Shown: positions 53,607-64,000 of the stretch, piece by piece | How positions within the stretch are numbered: position 1 is the stretch's first letter | How the letters are laid out: each line of letters starts with the position of its first letter | Source of the DNA: Eledone cirrhosa | Lineage: Eukaryota | NCBI GenBank assembly: GCA_964016885.1 | Contig: OZ024746.1 | Coordinates: forward strand, 14,694,001 to 14,758,000 | Reading direction: 5' to 3' | DNA: 64,000 nucleotides | The notes under the pieces: model-generated | Told to the model about the DNA's origin: nothing | Database searches by the model: none | What the model saw: only the letters and a program-made list of their open reading frames with translations | Made by a program: the position numbers and the translations under genes

Positions 53607-55057
53607 GTCACGAAATTGTAGTGTTGCAGTTCATGGAATGTTGCAACAGAGAGAAGCAAAAGCAAAGACGGAACGTGGCGATGGAGAATTTTGTCTTGAT
53701 AGTCGGATGTCTTTCAAAGATAGAGTTAAATCAAAATTTCATCTCAAACAGTGTGAAGGCAAAGAAGAGTCAATTGAGGATCCTGAAGATCCCTATGCAT
53801 TTCCTGACCCTGTGTCTGTTGATGTACTTAAAACTTCAACAAATCCAAGTCATAATAGTACTACTACTACTACTACTACCACTATTACCACCACTACTGC
53901 AACAACTACCACCACTAACAATAATAATGTCAATATTAATAACAATAACAGCAACATTGTTATACTTGGTAATGCTGCTACTATTGCAGTGTCCAGTGCA
54001 GTATCATGCAGTGCTAACAATGGGAGTGGTAGTAGTGGTGGGCTTTCAGCATCTGGGAAGTCTGTGGAATCAGTGGCCTCACACCAACCTCCACAATGGG
54101 CACGATCATCAGCCGAAACAAGCACTACTGCTTCAAGCTCTGGCGTTGGTACTCCCATAGCTAAACTTTATCCAGAATTAGCAGAAAAACTTGAAGGCCG
54201 AAAGACTCAAAAACCAGATCAAAAATTAAAAGGCAAAGTGGAAAGTTCAAGAACTATGAACCGGCTACAGACAAAAATAGCTCAGAACAAAATTAAAGAT
54301 AAACTTAAAAAAACTCAAGATTATCCTGGTAGTACTACTCAGTGTTTGTCTTCAGCACCTCATGTTTCTCAAGCCTTGAATCTCAGTAGTTCTGCCTGTT
54401 GTAAAACTGCACCAGAGCCTGCTGCAGCTGTAGCTTTCGTGAAACCATCTCCATCAGTAGCTGGGACAACTACTGTCACTAAACCAGTTGCAGATGATGA
54501 TTTTTCTATTTCTGAAACCTATGTAAAGACATCTGCTTATCTACCTACTGCAGCTCTCTCTCCAGTGCTTTCCCAAGTTCCCATATCCACTCCACCCTCT
54601 TCTCAACCACCGCCACCACAACCACCACCACCACAACCACCTCCACCACCTCCACCATCACCACAACAACCACCTCTTCCTGCTGCTTCTTCACATATTG
54701 ATTCTCTTCAGAATATGCCTCCTTCAAATAACAATTCAACTTTGAATGTAACTATATCTGAATTGAAAGTTACTCATAAACAGCCTGCTTCTTCGTCAGG
54801 TCATTCTTTTCTAAAATGCCAACTAAAATCACCCTGTCCAAATACAAAGTCTGAAACTTTGTGGTCTCCTTCACATAATGTACCCAGTTCTCCACAACAT
54901 ACTGAACCTAAATTTTCAGTATTACACACAAAACCTAATAAACTCAATGTACCTGATAATAAAGAAGTGATATCTAAATTGAAAAGTGAATCTGCTATGG
55001 CATTCTACATGATGCACCAAAAGAAAGCCATTCAGAATCATGATTGGTTGAATTGTG
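53607..55057 (+). CDS. INO80D: INO80D large exon (EDPYAF, RLQTKIAQNK; poly-T/N and poly-P tracts)
   Basis: ORF 53638..55119; ATTCAG acceptor, G|GTAAGT donor; motifs resemble INO80D EDPFAF and KLQSKLAQNR. Confidence 0.92.
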
Positions 55058-55871
55058 GTAAGTTACTTGAAATTTCCATATTTTTACTATGTATTACAAT
55101 AAACTTTTTTTCTGTTTAATTTCTTTGAATGAAGTAATTTTATAAACTGTGATAATATGTATTGTACATAGTTGATTTTGATTTTGGACATATGTAAGTA
55201 ATTTCTACATTACACATTCCACTGTAAGGCAAAAGCATGATTTTGTCACTATGTTCTTTTGAATTACACATTACTCATATGTTATGTTTCAGTAAGTAAG
55301 TTTTCTTTGCAACCTATATATATATACACACACACTACTCAAGCAGGTTTTGTTTCATTTGGAGGTTCCATAATCATGGAAATAACATTCACAGCATTAG
55401 ATGAGGAAAAAGTGCTGAATTCCAAAGTAGAGAATATATGTTCCTAATATATTAAGGCAATTACTTTCTGTTGTTACCCTTAGTTTGGTGGCTTCACCAC
55501 TGACATGCAATTGCAAGCAATTTTTTTATATGACACAATATGTATACAAATCAAACATGGATCTCTCTTTCTCTCTACATTTTAGTATGCATGGATGGGT
55601 GTTGAGTCTATACCCTGTCAAGTGGTTGGCATGAGGAACAGCATCCAGCTGTAGAAACCATGCCTGAATATGATCTGTTTAGTGTCGCACTTTGACAACC
55701 TAGTCAACTTATACCAACATGCAAAATCATTGTTAATTGATGATGATAATGAGACCACAATACATTTTTTTTATGATAGTTTATATAAATATTGTTTGCT
55801 TAATGTAGATTTAAATTATTGATATGAATCCATGGAAAATTATGATTTGATGATTGATTTAATTTAACTAG

Positions 55872-55971
55872 GCTTGAATAGTTCTGAAGATGAAGAAAAT
55901 AGTGAGGACGAACACTTGCCCTGGCAGAATGATTGGTTAGTTTTATCATCTGATGAAGATGTTAAAGATGA
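55872..55971 (+). CDS. INO80D: INO80D exon (GLNSSEDEENSEDEHLPWQNDWLVLSSDED)
   Basis: TAG/GTAAGT sites, phases 1/2; acidic block resembling GLDWSEES...PYQVAW...SDDD. Confidence 0.9.
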
Positions 55972-56269
55972 GTAAGTAACATCTTTTTTGAAAGGTAATA
56001 CTATCTGATACATGTCATCTTGGATATTAATTTGGAAAATTTATATTACTTTAACATTTATTTTTGTTGTTAGTACTCATTAATATGTAATTGGTAAAAA
56101 TGGTATAAGATACAAATTTTGATCAGTTAGTAAAGTATCAAAAAGCTCTTCAGTATATTTGAAATATAATTTTGTTAAAACATTTGATAAACTTCATAAA
56201 TGGTAATGTGTGTGTTGTCAGAAAATTTTAAGTAAAGGAACATTGAATTGATTTTTTTTTGTTTTTCAG

Positions 56270-56491
56270 AAATATGTCCCCTCATTATCGGAGCAGAAAA
56301 TTGGCCATCCGGCGTGCACAATTACGGCGTCAAGTTGTTCAATCTCAAGTTGCTGGTTGCTTTAATGCAAATATTCAGCTAAATAAGAATAAAGCAACTC
56401 TTGCTTTGATCCATGCCTTACGTGATAAGCCTCCTGCTGCTCTGAAGTCTTTACATTTTGTGCTTAACAAGCCACAGAAGAAATGTAATGT
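56270..56491 (+). CDS. INO80D: INO80D exon (NMSPHYRSRKLAIRRAQLRR...ALIHALRDKP...)
   Basis: TTTTTCAG/GTAAGT, phases 2/2, open frame. Confidence 0.88.
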
Positions 56492-56741
56492 GTAAGTTGT
56501 TTTTGTTTGATGAGAAGTTTCAGAAAAAATCATGAACAGAAGATAAGAATTATATTAAAATAGAATTTTTTTTACTATCATTCATAATTTTTATTTCAAA
56601 ATTCAGTGTAAAGAATGACAATTGCTTTGGTAGAACATTTATGTAACAGATAAAGCACAGTGCATAACTGAAGGTTCAATAAAGCACATACAAAAATCAT
56701 TTTAACTGTTGTAGATTAAGAGGTTCTTGGACATATTGTGA

Positions 56742-57206
56742 AAGCACGTTGCCTAGTGGTTAGGGTATTGGAATCAAAATGATAAGGTTGTGGGTTTGAT
56801 TTCTGGACTGGATGGTGTGTTGTGTTCTTTGAGCAAAATATTTTATTTCACATTGGCCCTCTTGTCTGAAGTTGTGACCGGCAGATAATAGCAGTAGAAA
56901 ATCTAATGAAAATCTTGTTTCGATCCAATGATTGACTCCTTTCTTTCTTTCTTTTTTTTTTAATGTACTTTCAAGATAGATTAATCTTGTCTTCTTAACT
57001 GATAATGCTGACTCTCCCATTATATATATATATATATATATACATATGTGTTGGCGTTAGGAAGGGCATTCAGCCGTAGAAAACCAGCCAGACACTCTCC
57101 TATATGAGCGAGACATGGTTACCTGACCCAACTTGCCTCTAAATAGGACAAACCCGTCTAACCTATGATAGCGTGGTTGATAGGCATTAATCGACGACGA
57201 TGATGA

Positions 57207-57209
<3 letters not shown>
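56742..57209 (+). mobile_element. Fragments of CORE-like SINE head (56742-56870) and RTE tail (57048-57209)
   Basis: Homology to the 39240-39566 element. Confidence 0.7.
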
Positions 57210-57285
<76 letters not shown>

Positions 57286-57882
57286 ATTAGGAAACAGCTT
57301 TTCTTTCAAGCATATTCATATTTGAGACACTGGGTTTAGTTTAATATTTTAGGCCTTCATATTTAGTTTGGAAAAAAGTGTTCCTAAATCCATTGATCTT
57401 TTAAAATGTTTGTGTTTATGCACTTTGCAATAGGTTGCAAATTATTAAAAGATATGTAAACGAAAAGAAAGATTGATGGCATGCAATAAGTATCTGTTTA
57501 TAAGACCCATACAAAAATTACATAAAGATAAGATAGATCTAGATTTCTTTGAATATGACTAATTTTGAGGAAAAAATTCACAAAAATTATTCTCAAACAA
57601 ACGTAATTATTTTCACGGCATCTTAAAAGCAATTATTCTCTTTTTAAAACTGAAATTTTTGGAGAAATCGATACAATTGAAATATGATAGGGTTTTATTT
57701 GCTTGAAGTAAACAGCTTATTCTGTTATTTGGGATTTTGCTGTTCTCTCAGGGAAAACTCACATCTAATTCAGAAATATATATGCTTCATATGTTTCAAA
57801 ATGCTTAATAAAAATGAAAGTTTTTTTACTCTTTTCTGAACATTTATACACATTAGTACCAATTCCAACTTTTTCTTTGCAG

Positions 57883-57986
57883 GCACAAAATGTCTGGTTT
57901 AAGGAAGAGATTCTGTTGTTATCGAAATGAGGATGATGGTAAATGCAATAAGAAAGCTCTCCCTTGTACAAACCATTGTATTAAAC
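57883..57986 (+). CDS. INO80D: INO80D exon, first half of second zf-C3Hc3H finger (FCCY...KCNKKALPCTNHCIK)
   Basis: TTTTCTTTGCAG acceptor; resembles CANKALPFTRHCFQH; ends at U12-type donor GTATCCTTT. Confidence 0.93.
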
Positions 57987-58809
57987 GTATCCTTTTAAGT
58001 ATTGACATTCGTATAAAAACCTACATCTTGGTTCATTAGTAATTATATCTATCATTTATTTTTGTTTATCTGTATACTATTAAAGTTGTGAATTTATATT
58101 TCTGTTTAGTGTATTGTGATTTTACTGAAAACATTCTATTGTAGCTTTAAAATGTTTCAACTAATTTACTCTTAAGCACAACACCATTTTCTGGGTATCT
58201 CTTCCCCCATGTCCAAGCCCTCCCAAACATTTTCCTTTATTTTAATATGGATATGTCATTTCCACATATTCATGGAACAGGGATTATTAAGAGGTTTGGG
58301 TGGAGCAACAACTCATCATTTGCCAACAGAAAGACAGGTGAAAGACAAACCTGGATGCATCCTTGGTCCAAGCATTAGTACCTCATAGACTACACCTTGG
58401 CATACCAGAGAGACTTTCATGCCAGAGAAATGCCTAGTTTGAGTGTTATACAGACCATTGTCTTGTCTGCTGCTGTTACTACATCATTCTTTGAATAGCT
58501 GTTCACTAACAATAATTTAATCCAGTTGTTAACAAAGATGTTTTCCTACAGGAGTTTCACACTTTAAATAGCGAAAGATTTCGAAGGTCATATTAGAAAA
58601 AAGTCTATTTAATAGACAGGTAATGTGCCAAAACCTTATATTTGAGGTTTTAAAACATGCTTTTAGCATCTACTGATCAAATATAATGTGACATCAAGTA
58701 AAACCAGCAGCTCCAACACTTGTACTCATGCATATAACTATAATAGATGTATTAGTGTATGAAGTTGTTTTGCAATATCAATAAATTTTGTTTCCTTATT
58801 GTACTACAG
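57987..58809 (+). other. U12-type (minor spliceosome) GT-AG intron
   Basis: 5' site GTATCCTTT; branch-like TTTCCTTATT at 58791-58800 just before CAG; no polypyrimidine tract between them. Confidence 0.9.
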
Positions 58810-58943
58810 ATATCATGTATAATGTTGATCAGCAATTGTTTGATTATTGTACAGCAAAATTTGCAGACAATACACAATGCTGTGTTCCAGTTTTTGACAT
58901 CAAACATGATTTACCTCTTTGCCAAGAGCATGCGGCAAAAGCT
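58810..58943 (+). CDS. INO80D: INO80D exon, second half of zinc finger (HIMYNVDQQLFDYCTAKFADNTQCCVPVFDIKHDLPLCQEHA)
   Basis: Very close to INO80D QQLFSSCTAKFADGQQCSVPVFDITHQTPLCEEHA; GTGAGT donor. Confidence 0.96.
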
Positions 58944-59438
58944 GTGAGTATTTGATGGTTGTAATGTTGTTCACTGGGGTTAACATAATTTGGTTTATTT
59001 TTGCTGGAAAAATTATTTACCATCTTCTTTTAGATTAACAATGATTTACAATCAAAATATATTATATTCACCATGAGGTCATTTTTCAAGCAATATTTTA
59101 TGGCTAAGTGCCCTTTCTGGCACTATCTCTTTTAGTTACTTTTTATGATACGCAGCGATATGGTGCAGCTCTTCTAAACTGTGTACACATGGATATGGTT
59201 CATGAGATAGAATGAAAGTGACTGGGTAAAAGGATTGATGGGAATTTATGTGGAAGGAAATAGAGGAGGAGGACGATCAAGAAAGACACGACTGGAGATT
59301 ATGGAGGAGGAAATGAAAATCAAGGGGTTGGTGAGGGGATGCAGATGATAGGGCCAAGTGAAGATTGTCAGGAGGCCCACAGGAAAAATTTCCTTAAAAA
59401 TGCTTGTTAGAGCCAAAATATATAACACCACAAAATAC

Positions 59439-59664
59439 TTAACCCTTTAACATTTACATTACTCTATATTTACTGTTGTATTTTCATGATAAAGGCTTTA
59501 TCCCATAATTATCTCACATAATATCTAATCTATAAGCTTTTGGTATTATTTATTTTGAGAACAATACCTTAAAAAAGGATGAGCAGCCGGTTACGGCTGG
59601 TTTGAACAGAAAGAGGTGAGATAATTCTGGCTGGATTCAGCCGGTTTAAATGCTAAAGGGTTAA
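59439..59664. mobile_element. piggyBac-like MITE
   Basis: TTAACCCTTTAACATTTA...TAAATGCTAAAGGGTTAA; interior homologous to the other copies. Confidence 0.9.
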
Positions 59665-59697
59665 ACATATTTAAAATACTTGCATTATTTAGACAAG

Positions 59698-59885
59698 GGC
59701 GGTGGATTGGCAGTATCGGTAGAGGGTCAGACGCCATGCTTTCCAGCATAGTTACGTCCCTTTACAGTCTGAGTTCAAATCCCGCCGAGGTTAACTTTGC
59801 CTTTCATCCATACGGGGTTGATAAAATAAAGTACCAGTAATGCACTGGAATAATTGCTGGCCTTGTGCCAAAAGTAGAAACAATT
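59698..59885 (+). mobile_element. Meta-like tRNA SINE
   Basis: Starts GGCGGTGGATTGGCAG; same core and GTAGAAACAATT end. Confidence 0.9.
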
Positions 59886-60840
59886 GTTTTAGAAAACTAC
59901 AATTAGTAAATTGTTTTAATCATTATACTAGTTATTAATCTTCCAAAAATAATAAAATTTTAGCTACAAAGCATGAAATGTACCAAAATACAATAGTGTA
60001 AATCATGGTAATAAAGTTTAGTGATAAATTTATAAGCATATTTCTAAAATTAGTATTAAAACATTGATACATGATGTAAACAAAAAAAAGTTTGAGTCTA
60101 TCTTCAGGTTATTCATGAGACCACCTAAACTCTGAATAAAACTTCATAGATGTGCATAATTTAATATTAGAATGTTTGTAAATTTTAATTAAGAAGACTT
60201 ATCTTCACACCTGCATAGGTCCACTTAATTGAAGTTTAAAATTTTTTGTTAAACTATTGTTTGTTTTTAACTGCTTAGTTGAATTTCATTGTGTAAATCA
60301 TAAACCAGTATATACTTTGTTCATATTCAGTAGTTATAATCTCCTTGTTCATGGTAATTGCAATATAGTTAACATGTTACTGTACATACAACATAGACTG
60401 ATAATTATATGCTTAGTGCAAGCTTGACTATGTACTTTGACTATGCCAATCCCACAAAGAAATAGCAGATACCAGAAAGTTGTATTTGCTACAATCCTGC
60501 GATGTGCTTGCTATTGAATAAATGAACATATGGACTGACTAGTTATTCGTGTAAAGCCAGTGAGTGTATATTATAAATAATATAACTTTCTTTCAGTGTT
60601 CTGTTCTAAGCCAATACAATCTATATTTTGTAGTATTTTCTTATTAATGATCTATAATCAGTGCTGTATTACTTTTTAAAAATCAATTTAACCTCATGGT
60701 CTGTAAGCTATCATATGTAGCCATACAGAAGCAAAAACTGCAGTAATAATTTATTGCGTAGTAAAAGTAGGATGGACAACAATTGTTTATAAAACAAAGA
60801 GAGCCTGGATTAAAAATTGTAATTTTTAAATATCATTTAG

Positions 60841-61024
60841 GACAATTATCAAAAAGTTCAAAGTAATGAATCTAAACACAAAAGACCAAGGAAAAAGCCT
60901 AAACCAGCTGCTCTCACTAGGCCACCTAAGAAGGGTAAGAAAAAGAAAAAGAAAAGTCAACGTCGTACTGTCCGTCCACAAGAATCTGTTTGTCATACTG
61001 AGAGGCTAGAAAACACTGAACCAG
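60841..61024 (+). CDS. INO80D: INO80D exon with basic NLS-like block (DNYQK...RPRKKPKPAALTRPPKKGKKKKKK)
   Basis: TTTAG/GTTAGT; resembles DNFLR...KPRKKTKPPALTKKHKKKRRR. Confidence 0.93.
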
Positions 61025-61688
61025 GTTAGTACATTCAATCTTATATTTTTGTAAACCTCTCTTTTTCTAGTATTCTAAAAAGAGGCTCAGACAATTCAGT
61101 TTGATACATAAATGTTTTATTCTCAACTTAAATTTTTGCCTAAATTTTTATATGTGAGTTTTGAGGTAACTAACAAATTTAGTGACTTTGAATTTAAAGC
61201 ATTGTGTTTAAATGAAAACTTTACAGGAGTATTGCTATGCCTTTCCCTCTATTTAAAAGATGATTTTAAAATATACAAGGATTATGATGCATTTCAATTT
61301 AACCTGACAATGGATAGACTGTCTTACAAGACTAAGCTCTTTTTGCAGTAGGCAGATCAACACATTTAAAAAGCTTTTGAAATCCAGCACTACTTAAAAA
61401 GTAATTAACTGAATGCTTTCAAAATACACAAGAAAGAAATATTTGAACATTTTGAAAAAAAACAAAAAAAAACATTGATTCCTACATTTCAAAAGCTTTA
61501 GAATGCATAAGCTGTATTGATAAATGCAGATAGACAAAGAAAATTATAACCGCCAAATCCAGCCTGTGTATTGAAGAGAAAAAGTGAGACTTGTGATATT
61601 CAATTGTACTGATCATTATTTTAATTCTTTTTTAAAGTTATTTTTTATTAAATTGAAAACTCATTTTTGATATCAATGTTTTGTTCAG

Positions 61689-61889
61689 CTTCAGTGGATG
61701 AATCACCAAATATTCCTACCTCTGTATCTAGTGCTACTGCTGCACCTATCCCTGTAGTTACCACAAGCCAAACTACAATCCCACGAAATACTACTACCAC
61801 TGTACTTGACACATCTAGTATACTTCAGGATTCTTTAAGTGCACCAGAAAAGACTGGTAATATATTGCCAAACTTACCTCCAACAAAAC
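61689..61889 (+). CDS. INO80D: INO80D exon (S/T/P-rich)
   Basis: TTTGTTCAG/GTAAGA, phases 1/1, within ORF 61667..61900. Confidence 0.8.
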
Positions 61890-62604
61890 GTAAGAAATAA
61901 ATTATCTCATTAATTTTGACTATTTATAAAGTATGCTCAAGTAGCTATGCTCTATACCAGCAACAATACATGACAAACATTTATTTTTAACTGCAATATT
62001 TTATACCAACTAGTCACTAAATGGTTCTGTTATTCCCACTATTGAAATATTGAAAGGCAGTGTTTGTTACTGTACTTATAGTATGCTAATTAGTTTTTTA
62101 AAACAAAAGAATACTTGTGAAGAACAGGTTTAATATGAATAATAAATTTGAAGATTTATGACAAATTATTTAATGAGTAGTTTCTGGTGATTATATAATC
62201 ATCACTGGCAAAGAGTTAAAGATGAAAAAGTAATGAAAAGAAATTCAGATAATTGAGATTTTTAGCTGACAGTTTTTTTAGATTGGATGTTTGTCTTGAT
62301 AGCTTATCAAATTAATGACAATCATATAAGGGCAGGAAAATAAAAAAGAATTCCTTCACTGTGTGTGTGTACATTATCAAGTATATATGTGCATACATAC
62401 ACACACATGCTGAAAGTTTTACTGTATTGCAAACTTCTTGCTCTGCCTATGTCATGAAAATGTATGGATGAAACTCACTGACACCCACCACAATTGCACT
62501 CACAAATGCACTGTTATTAGGCAATATTGTCTTAGGTTGTCAATAGTGTATTCACCCTGTTAGCAAATTGATGAAAGTAATATAAAAGAAACAATATGTA
62601 ACCA

Positions 62605-62803
62605 TTAACCCTTTCACCATATTTCTAATGAAATACCTTGCTAATGTCTTGTAATTAATTTTAAAAATAATCAAGAATTGACTGGTATTTAATAATATAA
62701 ATAACTTTGTCATTGTTAATGTGGTGTTTGGAACATGCAATTATGATGGAAGGTTTAATTTAGATGTGAAAGCTTTAAATTGGGTTGCTATCAAAAGAGT
62801 TAA
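62605..62803. mobile_element. Second TTAA-bounded MITE family (relative at ~18771-19010)
   Basis: TTAACCCTTT...AAAGAGTTAA with a different interior. Confidence 0.55.
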
Positions 62804-62878
62804 GAAAGAACAAATAAACCAGACATCTTTTCAACATAATTGAAACAGAAATGAAAATTATCAATTTGGCTTGCTCCA

Positions 62879-63216
62879 TTATAGTAATATTAATTCTGCT
62901 TATAATATATATTTATAGTAATATTAATTCTGCTTATAATATTATATATTTATAGTAATATTAATTCTGCTTATAATATATATTTATAGTAATATTAATT
63001 CTGCTTATAATATTATATATTTATAGTAATATTAATTCTGCTTATAATATATATTTATAGTAATATTAATTCTGCTTATAATATTATATATTTATAGTAA
63101 TATTAATTCTGCTTATAATATATATTTATAGTAATATTAATTCTGCTTATAATATTATATATTTATAGTAATATTAATTCTGCTTATAATATTATATATT
63201 TATAGTAATATTAATT
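62879..63216. repeat. AT-rich minisatellite of alternating 34/37-bp units
   Basis: ATAGTA starts at 62881, 62915, 62952, 62986, 63023, 63057, 63094, 63128, 63165, 63202. Confidence 0.95.
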
Positions 63217-63391
63217 TGTGTGTTTGTGATGGTGGGAAAGAACATACATGTGATGATAGTGTTTTCTTAATTTTCACAGACATTATTCAAATGACTAGCA
63301 AAAAGCATATTTTATTGTTTAAACTAATACAATAGTTAATTAACATAATCTTTGTATATCAAAAAGCTTTAATTAACAAAATGTTTTTCAG

Positions 63392-63547
63392 GGACACCTA
63401 TTTCTCTTCACATACCTATGGATCTTCCTCCAGTCACAAGTAGTTCTACTGTTGGTTCCAGTGCAGAGCTTAACCATATTGACTTGGCTAAATTAAGTAA
63501 AAACTTTCATGACCTTGGATGTGTTCTAGATGGTGGATTTTCTCCAG
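63392..63547 (+). CDS. INO80D: INO80D exon (TPISLHIPMDLPP...LDGGFSP); gene continues beyond right edge
   Basis: TTTTTCAG acceptor, CAG|GTGATT donor, phases 1/1, open frame. Confidence 0.75.
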
Positions 63548-64000
63548 GTGATTAGGCCTTCTATATTTCATTTTTCTTGGCATTTATATTTAATTTCTAT
63601 TATTTAAATGTATAGATAAATTTCAAGGCTATGTTTTTATATCTTCCAAATATAAATTCTGATGCCATGATATAAAGCACCCAGTTGTAGTGACCAAGCC
63701 CCCAAAAAACAAAAAACAAATCCATATGAGCAAGTCATGGCTACCTGACCTGACTAGTCTCATAACATAACCTGTCTAACCCATGAAAGTATGGAAAAAC
63801 CGTTAAACATTGATGCTGATAATCAAATTCTGTCTGTTAAGGATGATTTAAGTTCTGTCAAAAAATTTAGATGTTTATAAATAGATTTAATTAAAATCTT
63901 AGCAAAGTCGTTATTGGAATATCAATAGAAAAGACACAAGATTTTCAATGTACTTCTATAGTAAAATCATTTGAAAGACTTTCCTATAGTAGAATTCAGC

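Noticed and set aside
53570-54160. 196-aa overlapping ORF and antisense ORFs in the INO80D exon
   Set aside because: Alternative frames of trinucleotide low-complexity sequence.
57434-57477. Extra INO80D microexon after TTTGCAATAG
   Set aside because: No donor in the required phase 2, an in-frame stop follows, and flanking exons already join in frame.

Overview
AT-rich, microsatellite- and retrotransposon-dense eukaryotic genomic DNA, most likely a cephalopod (Octopus-like; inferred from the RTE LINE, tRNA-SINE and (TA)n content). Two divergently transcribed spliced genes can be reconstructed exon by exon with consistent phases. WDR37 lies on the minus strand (5 clear coding exons at 20917 to 11429, continuing off the left edge). 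INO80D lies on the plus strand (candidate non-coding exon 1 ending at 37156, 9 coding exons at 49384-63547, continuing off the right edge). Most other ORFs in the track are decayed RTE, CR1, Penelope or mariner fragments, or microsatellite artefacts. Highlights: two intact-looking type I hammerhead ribozymes plus decayed relatives beside microsatellites; a U12-type intron splitting the second INO80D zinc finger; a degenerated first INO80D zinc finger; a candidate GC-donor microexon in WDR37; inverted SINE/LINE pairs bracketing WDR37 exons; and a recurrent pattern of fold-back palindromes next to (TA)n tracts. All family assignments are from recalled sequence motifs, not database searches.
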